DNA of 64,000 nt from Daphnia carinata (GCF_022539665.2 NC_081333.1:8742001-8806000), one strand, 5' to 3'. Shown: positions 23,801 to 38,700, counted from the first letter of the stretch. Program-made: numbers and translations. Notes: a model not told the origin generated them from the sequence alone.

Positions 23801-26800
23801 GAATCCGGAGGAAGCCACACTTTAAACTCGTTGACCCAATTGAGGACGGTACTAAGAGGACAGACAACCAGAACGCGATCGACCTAGAGGAGACAATAAT
23901 GCAATCATTTTTTCCTTTCAGTTCTGACAGTCACCTGTTAAAAGCAAAATTGGGTAATGACAGCGAAGAAAAACGTACCTGGCACGCTTTGTTAGTCAGA
24001 ACGGTGTGCACCAAGGTGACGACTTGTAAACTTTTACCCAGACCCATGCAGTGGGCAAGAATACAGCCGGAGCCAGGGTGTTCTTTAATCCGCTCGATTG
24101 ACTCGAAACATGCATCCCACATGAATTTGACACCTTTAACCTGATGAGGCTTCAGTTTCGTAACGATCTGTTTGTCGACCGTAACTAGTTCTTCTTTGGT
24201 TTTCGGATCGAAATCCAAAACTAGGTGATGAGTCTGGGCGTTGATAAGTGCCTGGTCACCAACGAAGGCTTCATTGTAAAACTTTTGACGTTCGGCAATA
24301 CGTTTCTTTCTGTCTTCTTCTTCCTTGGCAGCGGCTTTTGTCTCATCCTGTTAAAAATTCGATGAGCGAACAAAAAAAAAATTAATCATAATATATTCTT
24401 ATTACAAATCTGTGTAGAATGCATTTTCTCACCTTAAGATTTGTGTCCTTCATGATCTTCTTGATATTCTTTCTTCCTTTGGGCCCTCCCGGATCAGAAC
24501 GTTGAGACTCATTGAGAACCTCGATATCGGAATCATTGGAATCCACAGAGTCACTTGATTGGGCAGTTTTCTTTATACGACGACGCGATTTAGATTTCGA
24601 TTTTGCTTCTTTCCCTGAATCATTTTCGTCATCATTCGAAATTTCCTCTAAGTCAGACGGGCTTGAACGTTTCCTTTTCCGCTTCTTCTTGTCTTTCTCA
24701 GATTCTGAAGATTCGAAGTCTGAGTCGGATTGAATACGACGTTTCTTTCTCTCTTTCGTTATTTTCTTCTTTTCTTTCTTTGATTCCTTGTTTTTCTGTG
24801 ATTTTTTCGAGTCGGATTCAGCTTCGGGATCGGCAAGTGACATGCGCAAGAGTTTATCAACTTTGACGCTTGACGTTTTAGAGGCATCGTCTCCATCTGT
24901 GCTGAGACCAACAACCTCTTCTTTTCCTTCTTGCATTCCATTGTCATCAACCGGCATAATCTCATCACATTCATCGTTCGCTTCCTGAACGCCGATTGGA
25001 CTATTGGCGATTTCATTCATGTCCATATTAAAATCCGAGTCGGAATCGCTTGCAACGAGCAGAGCTTGGCGAACGGCTTCACTGCGATTCGGAAGTGTGG
25101 AAGCCGTTGACATTTCCGCAACACCAGCAACCTCCGTATCTGCTTTAACGTCTGAATCTGACGACGAAGATGATTCCAAATCCGCAAGCCGGAAAGATTT
25201 TTTAATATCCTTTCGAGACTTTGTACGTTTCTTTTTAAATTCATCTCTTTTCTTTCCGAAATCATCCCGTTCACAATCTGAATCAGATTCAATGTGTGAG
25301 CTCCTTACAGCGATATTTAATGGATCTTTAACTATGCGATCAATGTCATTTTTGAGCGTATTTTCGTGTGGTGCACTGTTCTTCACATTTTCCATAGCAA
25401 GCACTTCATTCTACAGGAAAAAAATAAGGAAAAAGATGTGTAGAGAAACTTATACATTCAAATATGAAACCGTACAGGTGCTTACCAAAATAGTGATGCG
25501 ATTTACCACAACCGCACACTCGGCTTTCAACTTCGGATCGTCTTCTAATCCAAGTGGTATGCGGCTTCTTTTCTTCGTCCTTTTTACACGTGGGCTCAAC
25601 TTCAGTTCAGCAAGACTGTCGTCAGAATCCGTAGAGTCCTTTAATAGTTGTTGTCTTGCCTTTTCATTCAAATACGGTATTGACGACGACTGATTGGGAT
25701 TGAAAGATGTTGCAGTTGGGTTGGCTGTCGTCAACTTAGTCTTGCCGACGATTTCGTCATTCGCTGCAGGTGGAAAACCACTACTAATAGCTTGCCTCGG
25801 GCTGGACGTATTTCTAGACAGTTTGGATTTGAATGGCTTCTTGTCTCCTCCTGTGTGAGATGGCGTGCCTAAATGAGACATGCCGTTTTCCCCCAGTAAG
25901 TTGGCAGTAATGAACGAAGGTGACGAAGCTGGAGTTTGCGCTTCTTGCTTGAGGGCGTTTACATGCTCAACGTCGTTTTTTATTTCATTTTTAGGCATTG
26001 CTCTGTGAAGCGGAACAGTCTCTGCAGAATCCTCGAGATCCAAAATCTCGTTCTGCAGGGTAGCTGAAAACATATCGGGTGAGAGAGTATTCGGGTCCGG
26101 CTCTCCGGAAAAGGCAGGGAATTGCCCCAGCAAAAGTTTATGATCATCTTCACCCGCAGACTTCTGACCCTCTTGGAGAACATCAGTTTCAGCTGATTTG
26201 CCATCAATTAACTCAGAGAATGTATCGAAAAACTCGATTGGTTCATCATTCGTGAGAGAATTTTCTACCTCTGGCAGTCGGTTTTCATTGGCTACGATGG
26301 GCTGGGTTTCAACTTCGGTAGATGCATCGCTGTCAACGGAAGGCTCTCTCGTTGATAAAGGACTGGGACAATGTGGAATAGTTGCCTGACTGCTCATTGA
26401 GCAAGCAGATTTTTGAGGCGAATTCTTTACTGAACATGAAGTTGTTGAGCGCGGAGGCGGAGATTCGCGAACTTCAGCATAGTAATCTTGCTTACTGTTT
26501 GCTTGCCTGAAATTCTTGATTTTGACAATCAGTCGCTTACCAGATGGTTTTTTCGATTCCCGTAATAAGCTGGATGCTTCCGACGGCAGCTCAACATCAA
26601 TGTCGTCAGTATTGCCATACTTTTGCTCAAACTTGGTAACAATTTTCTTTTCCAGTAACTTCATATTTACGCCAGTAGTAACAACGGCTTTACGAAGTTT
26701 GCGGCAGCAGCTAATGACCTTCAGTTTATCTGTTTCTTTGTCACAGAGATTGCTTGTACCTTCTCCGCTGCCTCCCTCGTCTTTTGACCAACTGGTTCCT

Positions 26801-28005
26801 ACTTTTGCTGCCAATACCTTACAGTACGTGGCTAATTTTTCTGCCTCATTTATGATAGCTGGTAACCAAACAGCGGGATCACTTGAATCAGCGACTGCAG
26901 GCGATCCATACAGTGATCGTCGTGATAGCGATTTTCGACTGCGGAAATGAAAAATTTCAGAATATATAAGGAAGACAAATTTCAAGCGATAAGAGTGTAC
27001 CAAGGGGCTGATTTAATTGCAGACATCACCATCCTGCACAAAGCTCTTTGTGTCCACAGGGGAACATTGTTGCAAATTAAACAACTCCATTTACATTTGC
27101 TGCCAGTAATTTCCAATAAATTCGCACGACCTAGGCAACGACGTAAGCACGCCTGACAAATAAATGCAATAACTTAGTTAAGAAATCCTTAAAATTACTT
27201 TTTAATATATATAAAATCGTTACCTTGCAAAATACATTGGAGCACGTATCGCAGCATATCATCATTCCGCCTTCGGCGCACCAACGACAATATTCATCGT
27301 GTCCATTTTCATCTTTGGTAAACGGACCGTTACTGTAGAACTCTCGGCAACTCTAAAGCGCAAACGAATTATTTGTAAGAACTTACGAAAGTGCAATCAA
27401 ACAGGACCTACTTTACAAATAAGCACTCCCAAAACGGGATGAATTCGGATGTTATCGCGATTAACAAGGAATAGTTGGCATGAACAAGTGGTGCACTTCA
27501 AGGACGTCAGCTGAGCTTGGTTTGCTGAAAACAGACAGAAAAATAATTACATGAAAATTAAAATGTATATTAAAGCATTTACCTTCTTTGTATTTCTCAA
27601 AAAAGTCACACTCTTTGTCAGTCATTTTCATCAGAGTTTCCTCATCAAAGGTTGAGTTTTCCCTAAAGGAAGTTAAAGCTTTTGTGTTCGGGGTGACATT
27701 TCCGACTACATCATCTGCTACGGAATTTTTTGAAGTTGAGGCAGTAGATGTTTGAATGCCACCGTGATCAACACTACAGGTGGCTTCAACCCTCTCCTCT
27801 CCAGATGAATCTTCAAACATGTTAGCATCATTTGAAGAATCTTTTTCTAACCTGTTAAATGAAATCAACCATTACCAGAAAAGAATTTTTGCATTGCAGA
27901 GATGTGTTCTTGTTTATCTTACCCGCAACCTTCATTCACATCTTCCTCATTTTGGTCTGCAGAACCAAAATCAGGAATGCTGAAGTCCTCGAAAGACGAG
28001 GTCAT
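20828..28005 (-). CDS. ATRX: ATRX/XNP SNF2-family chromatin remodeller with N-terminal ADD domain, multi-exon
   Basis: ADD zinc fingers (~27020-27500): CTTC...[10 protein letters not shown] / [22 protein letters not shown] / CLRRCLGR...WSCLIC. Helicase motifs [80 protein letters not shown] at 28005 and TAG at 20830-20828 were inferred from in-frame GT-AG joins. Confidence 0.95.
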
Positions 28006-29513
28006 TTTCACTGAACAAAGAAAACAGTAATTTTTATTGAAATTAGCAATTAATATGCTTTGAATGAAACTTAGTTTCATTACATGAAAGAAATTTACAT
28101 TATCAATGAATGACTATGAATCTTTAAGACATTTGGTGTTGAACAAAAAACTTTGAAAGGTAGTCATTTCATTTGCCAACGCGTCACTAAAACATTGACA
28201 TGTTTCTCTAAATGAAAAAGGAGATTCCTGTCTTCGTAAGCAAACGAAATAACATTAATGAAGGGGAAAACTATGATACCAAACTGGTTAAAAAAATCAC
28301 AACAAAACCTAACTTGCGAAGTAAACGATGGCTTTATTTATAATCGCAGATTACCCTTTCGTTTCAATTCTCCAGTTTTTTCATGCAGTTCTGAGCAATC
28401 CCACGAGATAATCCAATAATCGAGAACTCTGCACAAAATGCCACAGCTTGTACCACTAAAACTAAAACCTAACTAAAATGCAATTGTAAAGTAGAAATAC
28501 TAAAATGCAACTCCAGGCGCCATTACACCGGCTGACAGCGTTGCCAGCTTGAGCTTTTGGCTTTTTTTCTATTTTTTTTTTTGGTTTTGCCTCTTTTGTG
28601 TAGAAGCAGGGTACATTGCGCTGAGCCAAGGGCTGTGCGCGCACCTATGTTCAAAAAATCGTCGTCGCCAGAAAGAGTGCGCAACAGAGAAATAAGAAAT
28701 GCTTGCTGGATTGTTCGACTCACCGATTTTGAGCGACCGTTGATCAGCGAACTCAAGGCAACTATACCCAGTTCAGTTCAAAACCTGAAATGGAGTTCCA
28801 GTCCGACGCCAAATGGATAATGTATGAGAAAATACGGATGATTAGAGCCCTAGTCGCGCGCGCGGATGCTGTTTCGCCTCTATTGATTCACGTTTGGAAA
28901 AGCATAGCGCTTGCGCCAATTTCAAATTGAATTCAAAAAAAGACATGGAACGAATGGCATGGAGGGAAATGGACGATTCCGAGGAAGGGAGAGAGCGAGG
29001 GGGAGAAGATCCGTAAGACCATCAAAGCTGATGCTTGATATTACAGAGATTCCAGTGATTATAGACTTGAATATGCACAGTCTCACCACCCACCATTCCC
29101 GCTAATTCCCCCCCCCTCTCCTCTTCACCCGTCAACTGCTTTCTGTCATTGCTTTTCCATCTATGCATCCGACGTGTATCCGTTCATCCCTCCATCCGAC
29201 CACCTTTCCTCTCTCTCTCTTCCACACCAATCTCTTCCTGTTCCCCTTTTGTTGGCCTTTCTCGAATTTGGTCATTGCTTAGCAACATTATGATGGGGGG
29301 GGGGGATTGCAACTACTACTAGGTTGTATAGAGAAACCAAGGACGAGTGTTAGATCGATCGAATAAGCGCAGGCCGTATTGGGTCATAGACGCAGAGTTG
29401 CTGAAACTCTCCCCTTCTAACTGGAAACTACATTACAGTGCTTGATTTTGTTTGTGATTTTTAACTATAAAACAGTTAAAACCTCTGTATTAAAAAAAAA
29501 AAAGGAACTGGAA

Positions 29514-32500
29514 ATGTCCCCAACGAGTTCGACATCTGACCGGGAGACCGTGCAAGAACAGGTGGTCAGCGTGATGGAAGAAATGCAGATTCTAGGTACA
29601 TTGGATAAACTCGTCGCTGCCTCGGAGGTAAACTTCTTACAACCCCTTTTATCATGTGTATTCTTTCACCAAAACAATTTAATGTTACACGCACCTGTAA
29701 AAGTGGCAATGAAACCAATGTTTTTGTAAGCTGAATGCATATGGCCCTTGTTAAGAGTTTTCTTTGTAGCACATTTGCATTGCTACTCCATTGGGTACTG
29801 GTGACTTCCTGGCCGACTTACAACAAGCATTTCGGCTCAATGGCATTGAAACGTGCATCAAGAACGCTTTGGTATTGTCTCGAAGACGTAAAAACATTAA
29901 GGACGAACAGGAACAATTGAATTACATGAGGAAAGCACAAGTATGTGGTTCAAACGTCTTTGTACAGCAGTCCAACTAATTGTTTAGTAATCACTTTTCG
30001 GCAACAGACACACTTCGAACGTCGTGTCAGCAAAGGTGTGTTTGCCCTTTACTGTTTATATAAACTGTTTCCTTATGCTGACGTCCCTCTTATTCTGTAT
30101 ACATGTAACCTCCATGATAATCAATACAATCCCGACAACTGTTACGCTGAATAATGAGCAGCCCTCTTGAACCTCCAAACGGACTTGAAACTCTCCTTGG
30201 TTCGTCAACGGTCATCGTCTGAGGCCCAAGAACTATCGTCAAAATGGGACGAACTCAGTACCTACGATCAAGGTAAAAAGAAAAAGCTAAGGGCACCATA
30301 CTGTTCTTCTCAAGTGCCTGGATGGGAATAGCAAATCATAATAATGGGTTATCATCAAGGTGGAACCAAGTTTCTCACAAGTTGTAGACCTCCTAGAGTT
30401 AGACTCTGTTCAACCAACATGTAAATGCTCATTTCAAGTGGTTTCTATTTGTGTTATACTATCCGTACTTTCTGTATGTGCTCAGACGTCGGCTCCATCC
30501 GCAATCTGTACTCGTCCCAGGACCTCTACGAGGCGGTGGTGGCTCTCCGGGATCCCGATTACTCCATTAACCGGTGCATTCTACTTTGATTTGCATTAGT
30601 CACGTAGAACACAGAGCATTATAGAATGTGTGTCTAAAATGAGAGTTTACTGAATGTTGACCACGTCCACACGCGCTCATTATCTATTTGCAGGTTGGAA
30701 GAGAAATGGAGTGCAGTCAAGATACCTTTAAATGTACCGACCTTTGAGGATCTGGTAAGTTTCCGATACATACCCGATGGCGTTTCCGTTTCCCTCTGCT
30801 TGAATTTCACGATACTCCCCTCAGTCTTTTCATCCTGTTTGACATCCACACACACACAGTAGCGATCAATACTGTATCTGCCCCTCTAGGCAATTTCTGT
30901 CCGTTTAAGCAAGCCACTAGATAAATAACTTGGTGATTTGGCTCGATATTGTAGTTGTACAGCAGTGATTTGCTGGGAGAATAGGAAAACTAGAAATAGC
31001 GAATTACATGATCAATTTTGCTTTCTAAATTAAAAGTTGGAAACGAGAAATCACGTCAACAAATTCGCTATAAGGTAAACATCGTTTTAAAAAAATGAAT
31101 ACCTTATTAAGTTTCATCTGTCGGCTAAGCGGATGTCCTTTCCATGCAAAGTGTGCGCTCCGTTGCCCTAACGAATTGGCTACGCGGTTTGCAAACTCCA
31201 GTTTTCCCATTTGTGTGGTTCGCGTAGACAGCTCCGTAAATCTCGTTATTCTTTTCTCCTTTTCTTTCTTTGGAGATCTCACTGTATTATTAAAGGGGTT
31301 TATCTACTTCGTCCCAGTTTCCTCTCGCTCTCTCCTTGTTTGTATGCATACACTTATACTTGAATTCTTTCTTTTTTCGTTTATATCCTCGTTCCGTGTT
31401 CCATGCACAACTAGCAAGAGTTTTTTTCAGACATTTGCACGAGTATTGACCCCTTTCTGGGACTTGGCTCAGCTCTCGTACTTCAAGGCAATTCAAATGT
31501 GACCCTGCTAAACCACCGGATCACCCTTGGAACAAAAGGTATGACCTCTTTGGCATTTCACTATGTTTGTGCACAAAAAATAATTCTTGATTTCCATCAT
31601 TTTCCTGCATCATTTTTCGCCATCCAGTGGTGGCCGAGAATGACATCCTGCTGTCGGAGGAATTTATTAAAGGCGGATGTCCATCTCATCTACGCGGCCG
31701 TCTCTGGAAGCAAGTCCTTTTATCTCACGTCGGGGATAAAGTAAAAAAAAAAAAAGTTTTCTTATTACATTGTGTTTATGTGGACGATACCGTTATTATG
31801 TGATTTCTAAAACAGGCCGTTTGTTTGTTTGTTTTTTTCATTTTCTTGCTTGCACGATAATGGAAACATTACCATAAACACAACGGGGAATAAACAACAG
31901 GAGAAGACCTATTTCCAGGCTAAAAAACAAGCAGTCATCCAAACAGAGTACTTGACGGACAAAATCATAATGAAGGTATAAAAATTTGCAAATTTATGTA
32001 AACGCAGTTCTTATATAGTCCGAGGCATACACAACAGTATCACGCAGTCGTGATAGAATTACCTGGCATGTTATCCCGCTATTTGTTGAGCACAGCGGGG
32101 ATGAAAGAAAGGTTAAACAAAACTGAGATGGAAAGAGAAAAAGAAAATCGTGACCAGTTGCGATTAACATTTGGCAAGAGTCCGGGAATATCAAATATAG
32201 TCCCGCCGACATGGACAAACGACGATCCTGCAAAATGTGAAGCTGCTACCACTGAAGGCAATAATACTTTGGCAGCACATTGTGTACCTAACTATTATCA
32301 CCAAGTGATGGGAGCAACGAGTTTTCTTTTGCTGGAATTAAATGACACTGGCACGAAATCTCAATTTGCTTTTCTTCTTTTCAACTCGTGAGCTCCGTCG
32401 TGAAAACATTTTATGTAAAAGGCAAAAAAAAAAAAAAAAACGAGCGTATGAATGGACGAGAGGGAAAGAGCGTGCCCTCGTTTGCCTTTTACACACACAC

Positions 32501-33880
32501 GGCAGTATAACTTCCCGCGTGACAAATTTCGTGACGCTCTTTCATCTCATTCCGACACATTCCACAGTCGTAAAAAGAAAGAGAAACAAAAGAAAAAAAA
32601 AAAATAACAGGTGACAATCTATTCTCTCTTTCGTTTTCAGGACATTCAGCTAACGGCGTCGAGAGACGAGCATTATTTCGTTTACGAAGATCTCATCTAC
32701 CAGGTAAGAGTCAAACACGCCCAGGGCAATAGCCAATCAGTCAATTGCCACTGTCTAGACTAAACATAAATCTGTGCAGAATTTAAAAAAAAACAAAAGG
32801 GCTTTTCCTTAATGCTAGACATAGGAATCGTGTTTGAATTGCACTTATGAAAATGGCTCACTTCCTATTGACTTACGAACTCGATCGCTGCTTGTAGGTG
32901 TCGCTCTGCTTTTCACGCGACCCTTACGTCTGCCTCCAATTGTGTTCCAAATTCGGGTCGAGGGCCCAGACAGCGACACGTTTCACTCCGCTTGATGTTT
33001 CCAGTAATGGCAGCAAGACTGGCACTGTAAGGGCCGATGGCGATGCTGCCGGTGGTCAAACTGTTGCCACGTCAGCTTTCCCGCCGTCCAGTTGCATCCC
33101 TTTCTATGGCTGGGCTATGTACGGTACGTTTTCTACAAAGAAAGCTAGTTCCTTTTATGACCGGTTTTTTAATCGATCTCGACGACGCAGTTTAAAACAT
33201 TCCGGCTGAGTGCGCCAAAATACTACGACAACGAAAGAGATTTTTTTTTTTTTTTAATGAACTGGGTTGAAAACTACAATGATTAGTTTGTTCACATTTT
33301 TCTTTCTCATACCTACTGCCAGTGGCTCCACTTTGCTACGTCCACGAAGAGGCCGAAGATATCTACTACACGTTGCGCGCCATGTACATCAAATATTGGT
33401 CACGATTACATCGATTATCATCGCACGGACAGGGCATTGTCTCGCTGGCTATTCTGTTTGAACGACTTCTTCAACAGCAGGAACCCGAGCTCTGGATTCA
33501 CTGTCTTAATAACAACATTGAACCGTAAGAATTGAATTGCTGGCCAATCGTAAGCTTTCCTGCTATTACGTCTGTTTCTCTTATTATCTTTAAATGTCGA
33601 TAATGGAACGAACGCCAGACTGAGAATTGCCATGCCGTGGATGGTGCAAGCGTTTAGCGGCTTCCTCATTCCTGAACAATTGCTCTTCTTGTGGGATCTC
33701 ATTTTGGGCTTTGATTCTATGCTCCTACTTCCGCTGTTAGCCGCCAGCGTCTTCAGCTTACGTCGAGAGAATTTGCATCGCATTCTTTCACACGATTCGG
33801 CAGAGACCATCCTCTCCGACTTGTCCACCATCCAGGTAGTGCCTCTACTCCAGATGGCACTCACCCAACAAACCGGATAA
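29514..33880 (+). CDS. TBC1D19: TBC1 domain family member 19 (Rab-GAP-like TBC domain), multi-exon
   Basis: Exonic peptides EQLNYMRKAQ/THFERRVSK, KWDELST, GCPSHLRGRLW, DIQLTASRDEHYFVYEDLIYQ, VAPLCYV...RLHRLSSHGQGIVSL and LRIAMPWMVQAFSGFL..EQLLFLWD.ILG...DLSTIQVVPLLQ match TBC1D19. Phases were consistent at the junctions checked. Confidence 0.9.
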
Positions 33881-35786
33881 CACCTGCAAAAACACATCAA
33901 TCACATTTCTGGAATGATTGTTATGTCGTCTAAGCGTTGTAGAATAAACACCGATTCTTCGAAATGAAATTTAAAAAAAAAAAGGACAATGTTTTGAAAA
34001 TTATATATATTTCGATAACACGGCTAGATAAAAACAAAAGAGAATTGGCAAAAAAAAAAGTAAGTAAAGCAAATGGGTAACCTGATAACATGAAATTCTT
34101 GCACGTTGTTGCCTCGAGGGTGTCTTCTATCTCCATTCTTTCGCCATGAAATGGTAAACATAAAAAAAAAACAAAAAAAAAAGATAGGGAATATCGACTG
34201 GTGAAAAATGGACACGTTCGTGTGGCTATCACACACGTGAATGGCTTTGGCATTCTGGGAAAACAGGTGAAACGGGCAGGGTGAGAATTCAGGGCAAAGC
34301 AATATTACGTCATTGCTCGAGGCTAAAGAAGTCGGAGACTAAAATGAAGGTGAAATTGTTTTTCCAAAGAATAGTGTGAGTGGAGTAGGTTATGACTCCG
34401 GGGCGGATTTTTTGTTGTTGCTGAATGAAATGTGAAACGCGGAAATCATTCGCCATCGAAAAAAAAAACGGACAATCCGCATATATTTATTGTAGTCAAT
34501 GAAATTTAAAAAAAAAAAAAAAGAGTATATCCACGTGGAATGTGGGAGGATGGAAGATACAGCATATCGGAGATAGCATTAAACATTACGAAAATGGAAA
34601 AAAGAGTTATTGTAACAGAGAATCAAAACAGTGGGGCGAAAAAAAAAAAAAAGGACAGACGGTATGAATTTTGGAAGGGTACGTCAAGATTTCGAGACGA
34701 AAAATCTACGATACGATAGCCAAACCTTGGTTGAGCAACATTGACTACCACGCACATCATCATCTCTGGTTTGCTGTTCGTTTTTTTTTTTGTTTTTTTT
34801 TTGTCGGTTTTTGTTGGTTATTTTAAGGGTAACGTGAATTAGTTGATCTTGGCCTATTCCAAATTGGCGGATCAAGCGCATTTCAAATTTTCTTTCAAAA
34901 TATTCCAAAATAAAAGTTCTATTTTTTCCGAGTATATCCTCCTCTAGTTTGTGTTATGGCTCCATCCTCGTTTCTTTTAAACTAAAATTTCCCATGTCAT
35001 TCTACAAAATAATAATAACTAAAAAAAAAAAGGGATAACCAAACAATAACCAACAAGAACAAGAATTGCTTTCGACCGGGCAAACCATAATAATATCCCG
35101 TGCGAATAAAAAAAAAAAAAAAAAGGAAGGTCATGTTAAAATTTAAATGGGGGGAATTATTTCAGAAGATAAAAATTAAAAAAAACAAACATGATAACAT
35201 CATACAATCATACATGAATTTAAAAAAAAAAAAATATATGTGTAAAGATGTCAAAAGACATCTCTTTTTTTCTTGGCCGGTAAGAAAACAAGGCAAGAAA
35301 AAAAAAAATAATAAGAGTCGTCCTGGAACAGAATTTTGCAATGGAAATGTGTGGACAGGAAGCTATTGAAAAAGAATTGATTTTTTTTTTTTCTATGTAC
35401 AAAAGAAGCACGGCCGGATGATGCTGGGCAGACGATACGTGCACCAGGCGAGTACGTCTTCAAAACTCCTTATTGATGCGCAAAAAAAAACAATAGAAAA
35501 TCTTGTTGAATGCGCATGTGCATCTGTGAAAAACAAATGGGAAAACGAGAGGTGTTCGAATGGAGAAATTAAAAAAAAAAAAATAAATGTGTCCTGGTCT
35601 TTTTTGTTGTTGTTGTACACTGACGTGAATGGGGGGGAGGAGGGGGCGAACCATTTGAGTCAAAGGCGTGATGACCGTGATCAATCGCCACTAACTGATT
35701 TGATTGAGCTGTGAAAGAGTCAGATAATAAAAAAGGATGGAAGAGTTTTGCGAAGGAGAGTATGCGCGAACACAATTTCATTTCTT

Positions 35787-38700
35787 TTAACCAGATCGTC
35801 TTTCCTTCTTGAGCTCGTAGATGGCCTCGCGGATGGCGGCTTGCTCTTCCAGAGGGACGTCGTCACCTTCCGGTGCGGCCACTTCGGGGAAACCTTGCTG
35901 GAACAAATCCTCTTCCGTTCTCTGGAAGATGATTGGGCGTGGTCGAACGGGACGGCCTCTACCCGCTTGTTTGTTAGCCGATAGGACTGGAGTGCTGGAC
36001 AAATTGTCAACCGTCTTTTTCTTGGCGAATTCTTCGATCGTCTGCTGGAAATTGAACTGCTGTTGCAATGGCTCCTCGTACGTCGGGCTGGCTTGTTTCT
36101 CAATGTCCTGTTCCACTTGGTACGATTGTTCCGGCTCTTCCTGGATCGGAGCGACCTCTTTCTCTATCTCCTGTTCTACCTGGTATGACTGTTGCGGTTC
36201 TTCCTGGATCACAATGGGCTGATCGGGGATCTGGACGGGTTCGATGTATTCCTGTTCGATTTGGTACGTCTGCTCGGGTTGTTGGACAACCTGAACGGGT
36301 TCAACGTATTCCTGTTCGACAACCTGAACGGGCTCAACGTATTCCTGTTGGATAACCTGAACGGGCTCAACGTATTCCTGTTGGACAACCTGAACGGGCT
36401 CAACGTATTCCTGTTGGATAACCTGAACGGGCTCAACGTATTCCTGTTGGACCTCCTCTTTCACCTCGGGCTGGATAGTCTCGACTACCTGGACAGGTTC
36501 CACGTATTCTTGCACAATTTCGGGGAAGACCTCGGGTTCTTGCTGGACAGTTTGAACGGGCTCGTATTGCGGCTGGACTGAAACTTGTTCTCGCTGGATC
36601 TCAGGTTCGGGTTGTTGTTGCTGGTAAACCTGGGCAGGTGGTAGATATTCTTGCGAGACCTGGTACGTTTGCTCGGGTTCCTCTTGAATCTGGACGGGCT
36701 CGATGAACTGCTCCTCCTGCTGGATCTCTGGCTCCTTCTGCTGGACCTGCAAAATCTCGACGGGTTGTTGCGGTTGAACCTGGACAGGCTCTTCGTAAAC
36801 GGGCTGCACGTATTCCGGCTGGACCTGGCGGATTGGCTCCTGATATTCTGGCTCCTGGCTGAGTTCCTGTTCGACCGAGAGCAAGAGGCTTCCATCTTGA
36901 ATGGGAGCCTCTTCCTCATACGGCACTCGCTGTTCCTCTACGGATACTTGCTCCTCCTGGCGGGCTGGAACGTATTCCTGCAATACCTGTTGATCCTCCT
37001 CCTGGGGACCCCAAAGGACTGCGTCGATCGTCGAAATTGGGGATGGAACAAACGGCTGTTCAGCAACGATCGGCTGCTCGGGTTCAGGAACTGCGTAGAC
37101 GTAGGCGGGTTGACGTTGGGCCGGTACCTCTTCTTCTTCCGATGTCGGTCTGTACGGAGTAGGCTGAGTTTCTGCAATAGTAAATCAGGTCGTAGCTGCA
37201 GCGAGCGCCCCTTTTTGTTTTTTGGGTTTGTGGGGTGGAGGGTTTCATTTGTTTCAGGTAATAACATTTAAAACAAAAAAGGATCAAGGTTTCGTTTTTT
37301 TATGCTTAAGGTTTCAGTTGCCCGGTGATGTGCCATTGTGTTCTCGACGACGGCGGCCTTCCACTTCCGTGCGCGGGTTTTTTTTTTTTGTTTTTTAAAG
37401 GGTAAAGCAACGGGAAGAACACACAAGACGAAAAGGAAATCGGGAGCAAGGTTTTTTTTTTCATTTGGGTACAGGTGAGAGGAGAAAAGAAAAAGAGAGC
37501 GGCGGAATTGTTTGATTGTGTCGGTTAGCAAAAGGTGGTTGGGGATTGTTTGCGGTAATGTTCTTCGCTAAAACGAGAACAGCAAAAGGGAAATAGGTCC
37601 ATTATCTGAAGATGTGTAAAAAAAAAAAGGGGGGGCTATGTAGGCTAGAAAAAAAATTTGGATTGGATTTGAGGCTTGTCTTTTTTTATGGATTGGATAT
37701 TGTTCCAGACGAAGAGTCCCCATTAAAGCGGCTGATGAGGCGTATGCCTCGGGGCCCGTGTCAAAAATCTATGCTGCATCAGAATCGAAATATTATGATA
37801 TCGGAAAAGGAGAGAGAAATCAAATAAGAAAAAAATGGTGCCGATAGGGGAAAGAAGACATTTTTTTTTTTTTTTTTTTCTGTTCTACGTGGTCGGAATG
37901 CCCCCCTCCCTTTTTTAGCGAATAATAATAATATATAGAAAACAAAGTGAGAAGAATCGAACGTTCAGGTGGGATAGGCAAGAGAAGAGCAAAAAAAAAA
38001 AAAAATTAAACGAATCACTTCAAAAACAAAAACTCAAAGATCTGAGTTCTTTTTTTTTCTTTTAAATCGGAAGATAAAGATGAATTTGCATTTTTCGTTT
38101 TCTATACCAACTGAAAACGATGTTAAGGAAAAAAAAAAAAACTAGTGATAGGAAGAAGCAAGAAAGATTGAAACAGACGCATAAAAGAAAGCTAATAATT
38201 GGCACGAGGAAATAAAAACTACCGGAAGTTTGAGTCTAAAAAACAAAAATTGCTTCTACTGTTATCTTTTTTTTTTTTTTTTGCCTTCCATAATGCTTCC
38301 TATTTTTAGGGGGCCAACTACAATAGGTAATTGATTCGCTAAAAAAAACTAACTACTCAATTGTTTCCTTCTATTCTTTGCCTCGCAGGAATGTGAAAAC
38401 AGGTAAGGACAACGAAGGTGAAAAGGTAATGACATCGATTTCGTTTTTCTCCTTTTTCGGGAGGGGGTGGAGTGAAAAATGGGTTTGAATTAAAGAACAA
38501 AAAAAAAAAAAAAGGTGTATATAGGTTTGTGAGACAGGTAAACTTGAAGGATGTTTGTGGGATGGTTGGGATTTGCGACGGTTGCGTGGAGAAATCGAGG
38601 TGGGTTGGCGTGCCGCGTTTCTTATCATTTAAGACTTTTTTCATCCGAGTATAAAACCGTGAGGTGAAATTTGAAACTTGTTGTCTCTTCACGGTATCAT

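Noticed and set aside
24512..26950. Plus-strand ORFs antisense to ATRX (229 and 144 aa, among others)
   Set aside because: Ser/Phe-rich mirror translations of Glu/Lys/Asp-rich ATRX exons.
36284..36448. 33-bp repeats as a CRISPR array
   Set aside because: No unique spacers, in-frame coding repeat, eukaryotic context, and no cas genes.
35821..37271. Overlapping ORFs such as (LLDNLNGLNVF)n on + and (SPFRLSNRNTL)n on -
   Set aside because: Off-frame or antisense readings of the 33-bp coding repeat. The LRR-like look is coincidental.
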